Below, piece by piece: positions 38,761 through 47,858 of a stretch of 64,000 bases of DNA; position 1 is the first letter of the stretch; every line of letters starts with the position of its first letter. Below the pieces are notes generated by a model. It ran no database searches. It was given only the letters and a program-made list of their open reading frames with translations, and was not told where the DNA came from. Both the position numbers and the translations under genes were made by a program. Location of the stretch: the NCBI GenBank assembly GCA_938028625.1, contig CALIZB010000045.1, forward strand, positions 192 through 64,191, given 5' to 3'. Source of the stretch: an uncultured Bacteroidia bacterium (lineage in GTDB: Bacteria; Bacteroidota; Bacteroidia; JANWVE01).

Positions 38761-40191
38761 ATGAACTATACAGATTTTGCTACTCTGCATCAAGACCTGA
38801 AATCCCAAAAAATCTCTTGTCAGGAAATACTTCGCTATTATCTCAATAAAATTGAAGCAAATAAACATCTGAACGCATTTTTGGAAATTTTTGAACAAAG
38901 CGCCGTACAAAAAGCACGAGAGATTGATGAAAAAATAAAACAGGGTAAAGAAGTAGGCAGGTTAGCAGGTATGGTAATCGGTATCAAAGATGTATTTGCT
39001 TACAAAGGACACGGGTTAAATGCCTCCTCCAAAATTCTTGGAAATTTCAAGAGTATTTACACAGCTACTTGCGTACAGCGCTTGCTTAATGAAGATGCCA
39101 TTATCATAGGTAGATTGAATTGCGATGAATTTGCTATGGGTTCGTCTAATGAAAATTCAGCTTTTGGTAATGTACTCAATCCTTTGAATACAGAATATGT
39201 TCCTGGTGGTTCGTCAGGAGGTTCTGCTGTGGCTGTAGCCGTAGATTTATGTTGGGCAAGTCTGGGTACAGATACAGGTGGTTCTATTCGTCAGCCTGCT
39301 TCTTTTTGTGGAATAATTGGGTTCAAGCCGTCTTATGGGAGAATTTCTCGTTATGGCATGGTAGCATATGCGTCCTCATTTGACCAAGCAGGAACATTTA
39401 CTAAAAATATAGAAGATGCGGCTTTATTACTTTCTATCATGTCAGGCAGTGATGAGTATGATGCTACAGTATCTGAACGTCCTGTGGAAAATTATACAGA
39501 AGTTATTAAGACCAAACCCGAAAAACTAAAATTTGCCGTACTAAAAGCAACTCTAGAAAATGAAGGGCTTGCCGATTACGTTAAATCTGCTTTTGAAAAC
39601 AAGATAAAAGAATTTGAAAAACAAGGTCATACTATTGAGTACATAGACTTTCCATATCTGGATTATCTTATTCCTACATACTATGTACTTACCACAGCAG
39701 AAGCCTCCTCTAATTTAGCCCGTTATGATGGTATACGTTATGGATACAGAAGCGAGAATATTACTGACAGTGAAACGGCATTAGAACAAACGTATATCAA
39801 AAGCCGCAGTGAAGGTTTTGGTAAAGAAGTTAAACGAAGAATTATGCTCGGTACATTTGTACTCAGTGCAGGATATTATGATGCGTATTACACCAAAGCA
39901 CAAAAAGCCCGTAGGTTAATATATGATTTTCTTAAAAATACTTTTGTACAATATGATGCTATTTTACTTCCTACTACTCCTACTTCTGCATTTAAATTTG
40001 GTGAAAAAACCAAAGACCCTGTGAGTATGTATCTGTCAGATATTTACACGGTTTTAGCTAATCTGGGGGGTAATCCTGCCATTTCTGTTCCTTTGGGCAA
40101 AAATCCAAGTACAGAAATGCCTTTCGGAATACAAATTATTACAGATACTTTTAATGACAGCAAACTATTACAAATTGCAAAATATCTATGA
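38761..40191 (+). CDS. gatA: Glutamyl-tRNA(Gln)/aspartyl-tRNA(Asn) amidotransferase subunit A.
   Basis: Amidase signature GGSSGGSAVAVA…GTDTGGSIRQPA and overall GatA architecture. Start taken at MNYTDFATLHQDL. Confidence 0.85.
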   Translation: MNYTDFATLHQDLKSQKISCQEILRYYLNKIEANKHLNAFLEIFEQSAVQKAREIDEKIKQGKEVGRLAGMVIGIKDVFAYKGHGLNASSKILGNFKSIYTATCVQRLLNEDAIIIGRLNCDEFAMGSSNENSAFGNVLNPLNTEYVPGGSSGGSAVAVAVDLCWASLGTDTGGSIRQPASFCGIIGFKPSYGRISRYGMVAYASSFDQAGTFTKNIEDAALLLSIMSGSDEYDATVSERPVENYTEVIKTKPEKLKFAVLKATLENEGLADYVKSAFENKIKEFEKQGHTIEYIDFPYLDYLIPTYYVLTTAEASSNLARYDGIRYGYRSENITDSETALEQTYIKSRSEGFGKEVKRRIMLGTFVLSAGYYDAYYTKAQKARRLIYDFLKNTFVQYDAILLPTTPTSAFKFGEKTKDPVSMYLSDIYTVLANLGGNPAISVPLGKNPSTEMPFGIQIITDTFNDSKLLQIAKYL

Positions 40192-40736
40192 AAACAACGT
40201 TAAAAATTTGGAGTTTAATTTTACTATTTTCTACAATGATTATTCACAATAGCTATGCACAATTACAAGAAGCATGGCTAGGACATTGGAAAGGTAAATT
40301 AGAAATTTTTGATGCTAAAACCGTAAAACAAACGATACACATGGAGTTAGAAATCCATAAAATAGACTCAACTAAATGGCAGTGGAAAATGGTCTATGGA
40401 GAAGGAGATAAAAAGGATATAAGAGATTATGAATTGATACTCAAAAATGCAGAAAAAGGACACTACGTTATAGACGAAAAAAACACTATTTCTATGGATA
40501 TGCAATTGTATTATAGGCATTTTAGCTCTATTTTTAGTGTAGAAGGAGCTTTATTGTGTATCACTTATACCCTTAAAGATGACAAAACGCTTGTTTTTGA
40601 AGTTATCTCCGCGAGTGAAAAACAAAAATATACAACCGGTAAAGGTGATAAAGATATTCCTTTTGTAGTGTCTTATCCTTGCAATGGGTATCAAAAAGCA
40701 GTACTGCATAAGACACACAAAGTTGTGAAATCATAA
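40188..40736 (+). CDS. Hypothetical secreted protein (overlaps gatA stop by 4 nt).
   Basis: Signal MKTTLKIWSLILLFSTMIIHNSYAQ. Confidence 0.45.
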   Translation: MKTTLKIWSLILLFSTMIIHNSYAQLQEAWLGHWKGKLEIFDAKTVKQTIHMELEIHKIDSTKWQWKMVYGEGDKKDIRDYELILKNAEKGHYVIDEKNTISMDMQLYYRHFSSIFSVEGALLCITYTLKDDKTLVFEVISASEKQKYTTGKGDKDIPFVVSYPCNGYQKAVLHKTHKVVKS

Positions 40737-40778
40737 TGCATTAATTATTTTGAGTTGTATTAGTGTTTTTTTGTATTT

Positions 40779-41396
40779 TTGCGTACCATGAAGTCATTAG
40801 ACCCAAGAATTAACCGTTTTGATATAGAAAAAGTTCCTGTTGATACTCTTTCAGAAAACGAACTGGAACAGTGGCAGACTTATGAAGTGTTTCATCAGAA
40901 AAAAGCAAGTGAGGTTCATATACATGTAGGTGCAGTACACGCTAGTAATCCCGAAGTTGCGTTTTTATTTGCCAAAGAACAGTATGCAAGGCGTTTGCAG
41001 TGTTATAATTTGTGGGTTGCGAAAACAGCTGATATTTTTGCGTTTAACATGGAAAGAAACGAAAATGACAACTTTATTTCAGAAGAAATATCCTCCCATA
41101 CAGAATCTGCTTATGATATTTTTTATCAATATCGCAGAGGAGAACACCCAAAATATACAGGCACAGTAGTAGCCATACACCCTGAAAAAGCAATACAGTC
41201 GGCACAAAAACACTTTGGAAAAGATACTTTTATGATTTGGGCTATTCCACAAAATAAAGTGTATAAACAACCTGTTGAACAAGCAGAAATGTACACTTAT
41301 GTGCCTAAAAAAAGTTACCGTGATGCTACAGGCTATAAAGTAATGGCAAAACTTAATAAAATCAGAAAAGCAAGAAAACAACATGAGCAACAATAA
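40779..41396 (+). CDS. Tandem PaaB-like domain protein (two phenylacetate-CoA oxygenase subunit B-like folds). No other paa genes nearby.
   Basis: Two copies of the PaaB pattern W/Y..YEVF…H.HVG..HA…A…Y.RR….WV: WQTYEVFHQKK…HVGAVHASNPEVAF…YARRLQCYNLWV and YDIFYQYRRGEHPKYTGTVVAIHPEKAI…FMIWAIP. Confidence 0.45.
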   Translation: MRTMKSLDPRINRFDIEKVPVDTLSENELEQWQTYEVFHQKKASEVHIHVGAVHASNPEVAFLFAKEQYARRLQCYNLWVAKTADIFAFNMERNENDNFISEEISSHTESAYDIFYQYRRGEHPKYTGTVVAIHPEKAIQSAQKHFGKDTFMIWAIPQNKVYKQPVEQAEMYTYVPKKSYRDATGYKVMAKLNKIRKARKQHEQQ

Positions 41397-42000
41397 TTCA
41401 GAAAATACGACAAAAAAGATTAACCTCGCAATTTTTGCTTCAGGTAATGGCAGTAATGCAGAAGCGCTTATGGAACGTTTCAAACGCCATAAACTTATTC
41501 AGGTTACAGGAATTGTAACTAACAACCCCGAAGCAGGAGTAATTAAAAAAGCAAAAGGTTTTGGAAAACCTACTATTATTCTAAATCCCGAAAAGATAAA
41601 TGATGGTGAAGCTATTTATGAACAAATTAAACACTTAGAACCTGATTATTTGGTTTTAGCGGGCTATCTCAAACTTATACCCTCCACTTTGATAGAAAAA
41701 TTTCCAAGACGCATTTTTAATATACACCCTTCCCTATTGCCTAAATACGGTGGTCAAGGTATGTATGGATATCGTATTCATGAAGCGGTTAAAGCGAATA
41801 GAGAAAAAGAAAGCGGCATTACCATACATTATGTAAGTGAAAACTATGACGAAGGTGAGATTATATTCCAAAAAGTAAAACGTCTTGACCAAACTTGGAG
41901 TGCAGAAATTATAGGTAGAGAAATTCTGCTTTTGGAACATGAATGGTACGGCAAAGTCATTGAAAAAACCATTATGAGTCACATTACCCAAAACTCCTGA
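41383..42000 (+). CDS. purN: Phosphoribosylglycinamide formyltransferase.
   Basis: INLAIFASGNGSNAEAL…YLVLAGYLKLIP…NIHPSLLPKYGG…. Confidence 0.85.
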   Translation: MSNNNSENTTKKINLAIFASGNGSNAEALMERFKRHKLIQVTGIVTNNPEAGVIKKAKGFGKPTIILNPEKINDGEAIYEQIKHLEPDYLVLAGYLKLIPSTLIEKFPRRIFNIHPSLLPKYGGQGMYGYRIHEAVKANREKESGITIHYVSENYDEGEIIFQKVKRLDQTWSAEIIGREILLLEHEWYGKVIEKTIMSHITQNS

Positions 42001-42008
42001 CTTTTCTC

Positions 42009-43052
42009 ATGGATACCTCCGAAGAATCTGTAAAAAAAAGCAAAAAAAAGTATATTATTCTTGGTGCAGTTGCTCTCACAGCAATTCTTGCGGTGTATTT
42101 TGCTTATGCCTTATTTGCCAAAGCCGCTAAAAAAGATATTGTCATATATGTAAAAAACGGTACTGCCTTACAGGAAATTACAGAGCAGTTGTCTCAGAAT
42201 GAAGCACTTGTCAGTAAAAGTAATTTTACTTTAACAGCAAAACTCATGGGATTAAATAGTAAAACCTTAAAAACAGGTGCTTACAAGATACAAAAAGGTT
42301 CTTCCAATGCTAAAATAGCCAATATTCTACTCAAAGGCAGACAGATGCCAATAAATGTTGTCTTCCGAACGGTTCGTACCCCCGAGGACTTCGCAGAATT
42401 TGTAGCAGAAAAGTTTTATGTTCATCAAGATAGCATGTTAAATACACTTAAAAATAATGAATTGCTCAAAGAATTTGGTGTTAAAGATACTACCGTAATG
42501 AGTATTCTTATTCCTGATACTTACCAAATGTATTGGACAGCTAAACCCAAAGAAATTATTCAAAAACTCTATCAAGGTTATCAAAAATTCTGGAACGCAG
42601 AACGCATACAAAGGGCAAATGAAATAGGTCTAACCCCGCTACAGATAACGGTACTAGCTTCTATTGTGGAAGCAGAAACCCAAAAAAATGATGAAAAACC
42701 TATAATTGCAGGAGTGTATCTCAATCGTTATTTCAAAAAAATGAAGTTACAAGCAGACCCCACAGCTGTTTTTGCTGCACAAGACTTTACTATAAAACGA
42801 GTAACAAGCGATATTCTTAAAACAGACAGTCCTTACAATACTTATATATATCAAGGTTTGCCCCCAGGACCTATCAATAATCCATCTAAAACGTCTATTG
42901 ATGCTGTATTAAATTATCAAAAACATAACTACTTATTTTTTTGTGCCAAAGCAGACTTTTCAGGATACCACGCCTTCGCAGAAGACTATGAAACCCATAA
43001 AAAAAATGCACGGTTATATCAGCAGGCACTAAATATGAAAGGTATACAATAG
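42009..43052 (+). CDS. mltG: Endolytic murein transglycosylase MltG (YceG family).
   Basis: N-terminal TM, YceG-like body, and C-terminal …GYHAFAEDYETHKKNARLYQ… characteristic of MltG. Confidence 0.75.
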   Translation: MDTSEESVKKSKKKYIILGAVALTAILAVYFAYALFAKAAKKDIVIYVKNGTALQEITEQLSQNEALVSKSNFTLTAKLMGLNSKTLKTGAYKIQKGSSNAKIANILLKGRQMPINVVFRTVRTPEDFAEFVAEKFYVHQDSMLNTLKNNELLKEFGVKDTTVMSILIPDTYQMYWTAKPKEIIQKLYQGYQKFWNAERIQRANEIGLTPLQITVLASIVEAETQKNDEKPIIAGVYLNRYFKKMKLQADPTAVFAAQDFTIKRVTSDILKTDSPYNTYIYQGLPPGPINNPSKTSIDAVLNYQKHNYLFFCAKADFSGYHAFAEDYETHKKNARLYQQALNMKGIQ

Positions 43053-43135
43053 TTTTTAGATTTTTTTTAAAAATCCTTTGCATAATTAAATCATATCTCT
43101 TATTTTTGCATTAGCAATCTTTACTTATTATCTTT

Positions 43136-46100
43136 GTGAAACATGTAAAACAATATGTTATTACTTTTCTTGCAATATTTATTTTAGGTTTTAGCCAAGA
43201 AAGTTTGGCTTCTCATGGCATGGGTTGGGATATTTCTTATACCCATCTCGGTGGAAATCAGTACCGCGTACGATTATCGTTTTAAAGAGACTGTAACGGT
43301 ATTACAGAAGGTAGCAGCCAGTATATCAGTATTACCAATGGATGTGGTTTTACCAATCCTTCTCTAACTGTGAATTTATTAGCAGGCTACCCGCAAGATG
43401 TATCGCCTTTATGTGGTACAGCTGTGAGTGTTTGTGCGGGAGGTACAGCAAATCCTGCGGTACAATTATATGCGTACGAAGGTGTGGTAACTCTACCCGG
43501 TGCTTGTGCAGACTGGCGATTTGCGTACTCTTCTTGCTGCCGAAATGCTAGTATTACTACTATTACCTCTCCGGACACTCAAAGTTATTATGTAGAAGCA
43601 CTGCTTAATAACACTATGGCCCCTGGCAATACTGCACCTACATTTACTAATCAACCTGTTGGTGCTATCTGTGTAAATCAAATATGGAATTTTAATAATG
43701 GTGCCGTAGAACCTGATGGTGATATCTTAGTGTACAGTTTAATTGCCGCAAAAACCACTGCTTTTACCGCTGATGTTCCTTATCTTGCAGGATTTTCAGG
43801 TACACAACCTTTTACTACTGTTCCTGCCGCAGGTACTTCCATTAACCCTGCAACAGGTCAAATAACAGTAAACGTACCGAGTGTAATCGGGCAGGTTACG
43901 GTATTTGGAGTATTAGTAGAAGAATATAGAGGTTCTATTGCCCCTGCCAATAAAGTAGGACACGTAATGCGAGATTTACAAATTTCTGTACAAAACTGTA
44001 CTAATATCAATCCTACTGTTCCAACAGGTTTTGGTAGTGTTTCAGGAGGTAATGTTACAGGACCTCTTACTGTACAAACTTGTCCTGGGGCAAATCTTAA
44101 TTTAACTTTTAATATTACAGACCCTAATACAGGACAAGTGATTACAGTTACATGGAATAATGGCATTCCCGGAGGTACGTTTAGTAGTACAGGAACTAAT
44201 CCCGTAACTTCTACTTTCACTTGGACGCCTGGTGCAGGAGATGTAGGAACACATTATTTTACAGTTACCGCCACAGACAACAACTGTCCCGTAGTAGGGC
44301 AATCTACTTTTACCGTAACTGTACAAGTACTACAAGGTACAGATGCGGGTCCTGACCAAGTTACTTACTGTGGAGTACCTATTCAACTCAATGCTACGGG
44401 AGGAACAACCTTTACATGGACAACCTTAGGTGGAGGTCCTCCAATAGGGTTAAGCTGCGCTACATGTCCTAATCCTATTGCTACCCCAGCCGTAACTACT
44501 ACATACGTAGTACAAAGTAATGTTCCACCTCCCTGTCCTGATAGAGATACGATTACTGTTGTTGTAGCGCCTGGGTTTAATCTCACTATGAGTCCTGATG
44601 TAACTATATGTAGAACATCTTCTACAGTTATAACTGCTACTCCTGATGTGCCTTCTACTTATACTTACTCATGGAATCCTGTTACCGGTTTGTCTAGTGC
44701 TACGGTATCTAATCCAACAGCAAGTCCTACGGTAACTACAACATATACTTGTACTGTAACTGACGTGGTTACAGGTTGTCAGAGAACAGGTACTGTAACT
44801 GTCACCGTTGTAGCTGCAGATATTAACGTAACCAGCGTAACCTCTACTCCTCCAGATTTTCCTTGTGTAGGGGGTGCAAACACTCTAACCGCTAATATTG
44901 TTGCAGGTGATTGCAATGTATATCAGCGTACAGCCATACCATACGCGGCACCGCCCGCAGGGGGATATACCACAGAACCCACTACTGATGGTTGTGATGA
45001 CTGTGTTTCAGGTGCTATACCTATAGGTTTCACTTTTACTTATTACTGCACAAATTATACTAATGTGTATATTAGTTCTAATGGATTTATTAGTTTTGAC
45101 GCCGCACCTGGTTCGGGCTGTTGTTCAGGACAAAATATTCCTAATACTACTGCACCTAATAATCTTGTGGCTTTGTGTTGGACGGACCTTAACCCAGGTT
45201 CTGCGGGTAGTATTCGCTACAAAACCATAGGTACTGCACCCAATAGACAATTTATTGTATTTTATGATAATGTTCGCCACTATGGAAGCAGTTCTTTAAA
45301 TGTAACAGGATACATTATTCTACACGAAACTACAAACTATATTGACATCATGAGTACCCAAATAGATAATAATGGAGGTATTATGACGCAAGGAGTAGAA
45401 CGTGCAGGAGGAACTGCCGCTGTGCCTTCACCTGGCAGAAATGCTACTTCATGGGGTGCTACTAATGACGGTAATAGATTTCAGCCTACGCTTACTCCTT
45501 ATACTGTTACCTGGTATATCGGGGCAACGCCTATCGGTTCAGGCAATCCTTTTGCTACTACTACCATGGCTACTACTACTTATACTGCCGTAGTATCTCC
45601 TACCTCAGGTCCTCCATGCACCGCCACAGGTAGTGTAACTGTAAACGTAGGTTGTCCTTTACCTATTGAACTTACAGAATTTAAAGGACATCTCGCAGGC
45701 AGAGATGGCGTACTGAACTGGTATACTCAAACCGAAGCTAATGCCAAAGGGTTTGATGTAGAACGTTCCACTGATGGTACTAATTTTACCAAAATTGGTT
45801 TTGTTAAAGCGTATGGAAACTCTGCTAATATGCAAAGCTATACCTTCACAGATAAAAATCTTTCTGATGGTAAGTACTTCTATCGCTTGCGTATTGTCAG
45901 TATGGACGGGCAGTCCACTTACTCTAATATCGTAGAACTTAAACTCTCTGATGTATACAGTTCATTTGAATTATTAGGTTTATATCCTAATCCTGCGGAT
46001 AATAATGTTACTATTTCTTATGCTCTTCACAAAGCAGGAGATTTGAAAATTGATGTTATAGATTTACTTGGTAAACAGGTATTAAGCGTAGAAGATGTTC

Positions 46101-46222
46101 AGAAACCCACAGGAAATCATCAGAGTACTTTCTCTGTAAGAAATTTACCCTCCGGACAGTATATCATTAAATGTCAGCATGGTGGTAAAAATGAATTTTA
46201 CAAACTTGCTGTAACACACTAA
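43136..46222 (+). pseudogene. Large secreted adhesin-like protein with T9SS C-terminal sorting domain. Interrupted by a single in-frame TAA (43283-43285) 49 codons after a GTG start with signal peptide.
   Basis: Frame 2 reads (GTG)KHVKQYVITFLAIFILGFSQESLASHGMGWDISYTHLGGNQYRVRLSF*RDCNGITEG…VNLLAGYP… and is continuous with track ORF 43370..46222. The stop replaces the Tyr of the conserved N-terminal Y-RDC motif. C-terminal …LYPNPADNNVTISY…GQYIIKCQHGGKNEFYKLAVTH is a T9SS CTD. Confidence 0.6.
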
Positions 46223-46244
46223 AAAAACAAATACTACAAAATAA

Positions 46245-46279
46245 AACAGGTGTATCTAAAACGATATACCTGTTTTTTG
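46245..46279 (+). terminator. Rho-independent terminator after the T9SS adhesin gene.
   Basis: 12-bp stem aacaggtgtatc / gatatacctgtt (one G·U pair) then TTTTTT. Confidence 0.6.
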
Positions 46280-46484
46280 TTTAAAGAAAATGGATATAGA
46301 AATTTTACGTTTTATGGTATTATTTGCATATTTCATACTACTTTTTGTAATGTAAATACTCGTGCCGATGCTTATATGGATTGAACACGTGAAATTTGGC
46401 ATAATATCCTTTAATATAAAAGCGTGCTGTCTTAAAAAACAGCACGCATCAACCTTATATTATGAAACCAACTATATAAGAACT

Positions 46485-46925
46485 TTACGATTTTTTCTGC
46501 AAAACCGCTTTAATTTGTTTGCTTTCATCTATACAATATCCTATAGTAGAGTGGTTTATCTGATACAGGGAAGTAATTTCTTTGTTTGGGTCGTAGATAA
46601 CTTTATGTACATTTGGGTGATGTATGTATGAAAAGTAAGTAAGTTCCATAGCATCTGTGGTAATAAGTACAATCTGTATATTTTGTTTGAGCAAAGACTT
46701 ATAGTGTTTTTTTATATGTTCCAGATTTGAGGTCAGGGTTTGGGAATTTTCAGAAAACAGGAGTAGCATTTTGCTGTTTTGTATACCTTTATTGACACTA
46801 AACAGTTCTCCTCCTTTCTGATTGATGGCAACAAAATTAAGGGCTTTATCTCCTATTCGCAATTGAGAAAAAACTACTTGTGAATACAGTAAAATAAACA
46901 TTATAATGAAAGCTAAACGTTTCAT
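46485..46925 (-). CDS. Secreted thioredoxin-fold (redoxin-like) protein lacking a CxxC motif.
   Basis: Signal MKRLAFIIMFILLYSQVVFSQ. …ALNFVAINQKGGELFS…LLLFS… resembles TlpA/redoxin spacing, but no catalytic Cys. Confidence 0.35.
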   Translation of the reverse strand: MKRLAFIIMFILLYSQVVFSQLRIGDKALNFVAINQKGGELFSVNKGIQNSKMLLLFSENSQTLTSNLEHIKKHYKSLLKQNIQIVLITTDAMELTYFSYIHHPNVHKVIYDPNKEITSLYQINHSTIGYCIDESKQIKAVLQKKS

Positions 46926-47051
46926 ATATTTTTATGAACAACTATGCAAGTATACGAAACTTCGCTTTACGTAGTATATGTGTTTTGTATAAATTTTATG
47001 TAAAATATCTGTAAAAAATTGATAATCAGGAAGAAAAATTTTAATTTTGTT

Positions 47052-47768
47052 TCAAGAAATCTGCCCGTCTTTAATATAAAGCACCCTATGGGACTGTGCG
47101 GCTAATTCAGGATTATGGGTAGCAATAAGAAAAGTTTGCTTAAATTCCTGAGAAAGCTGAAAAAACAAATTATGTAAATGTTTTGCATTGTTGGAGTCTA
47201 AATTTCCTGAGGGTTCATCTGCCAGTATGAGCTTGGGTGCGTTAATCAGAGAACGGGCTACAGCTACTCTTTGCTGTTCTCCGCCAGAGAGTTGATTAGG
47301 TTTGTGATGCATACGCTCTTGCAAACCAAGATAACTTAACCATTTTTTAGCTTCAGCAACATATTCATTTTTAGGTCTTTTTTGAATCATGGCAGGAATA
47401 CAAACATTTTCCAATGCTGTAAATTCAGGTAAAAGATAATGAAACTGAAAAATCAAACCGATATTTTGGTTACGGTATTTCGCCATAGCTTTTGAGGACA
47501 ATGTATGTACAGAAATGCCTTCAAAAATAATTTCGCCTTTGTCTGCTGTATCTAATCCTGCAATAAGATGCAACAAAGTAGATTTGCCTGCCCCTGATGC
47601 CCCTACCAAAGAAAGTACCTCTCCCTGACTGATACTGAGATTTATATCTTTGAGAATTTCTAAATTTCCGTAGCTTTTGTGCAAATGTTTTACTTCCAGC
47701 ATTGGTGCAAAAGTACAGGTTTTTTTATTCCTGTATTCTGATTTTTCTATAATCCCTGGATTTTTCAT
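47052..47768 (-). CDS. ABC transporter ATP-binding protein, LolD/MacB-ATPase-like (likely start at MLEVKHL, ~47702).
   Basis: GASGAGKST, LSGGEQQRVAVAR, LILADEPSGNLD. Confidence 0.7.
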   Translation of the reverse strand: MKNPGIIEKSEYRNKKTCTFAPMLEVKHLHKSYGNLEILKDINLSISQGEVLSLVGASGAGKSTLLHLIAGLDTADKGEIIFEGISVHTLSSKAMAKYRNQNIGLIFQFHYLLPEFTALENVCIPAMIQKRPKNEYVAEAKKWLSYLGLQERMHHKPNQLSGGEQQRVAVARSLINAPKLILADEPSGNLDSNNAKHLHNLFFQLSQEFKQTFLIATHNPELAAQSHRVLYIKDGQIS

Positions 47769-47858
47769 AGTTTATTATGCTGATAATCAATGTTTTATAT
47801 TGAATATCCGTATAAGTACGTATTTCTGCGTGTATAATTTCACGTAAAATTGTGCCAT

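Noticed and set aside
43342-43551. 69-aa Cys-rich ORF at the start of the T9SS adhesin locus.
   Set aside because: Alternative frame of the adhesin gene's 5' end. The frame carrying the signal peptide and conserved YRDC motif is the real one.
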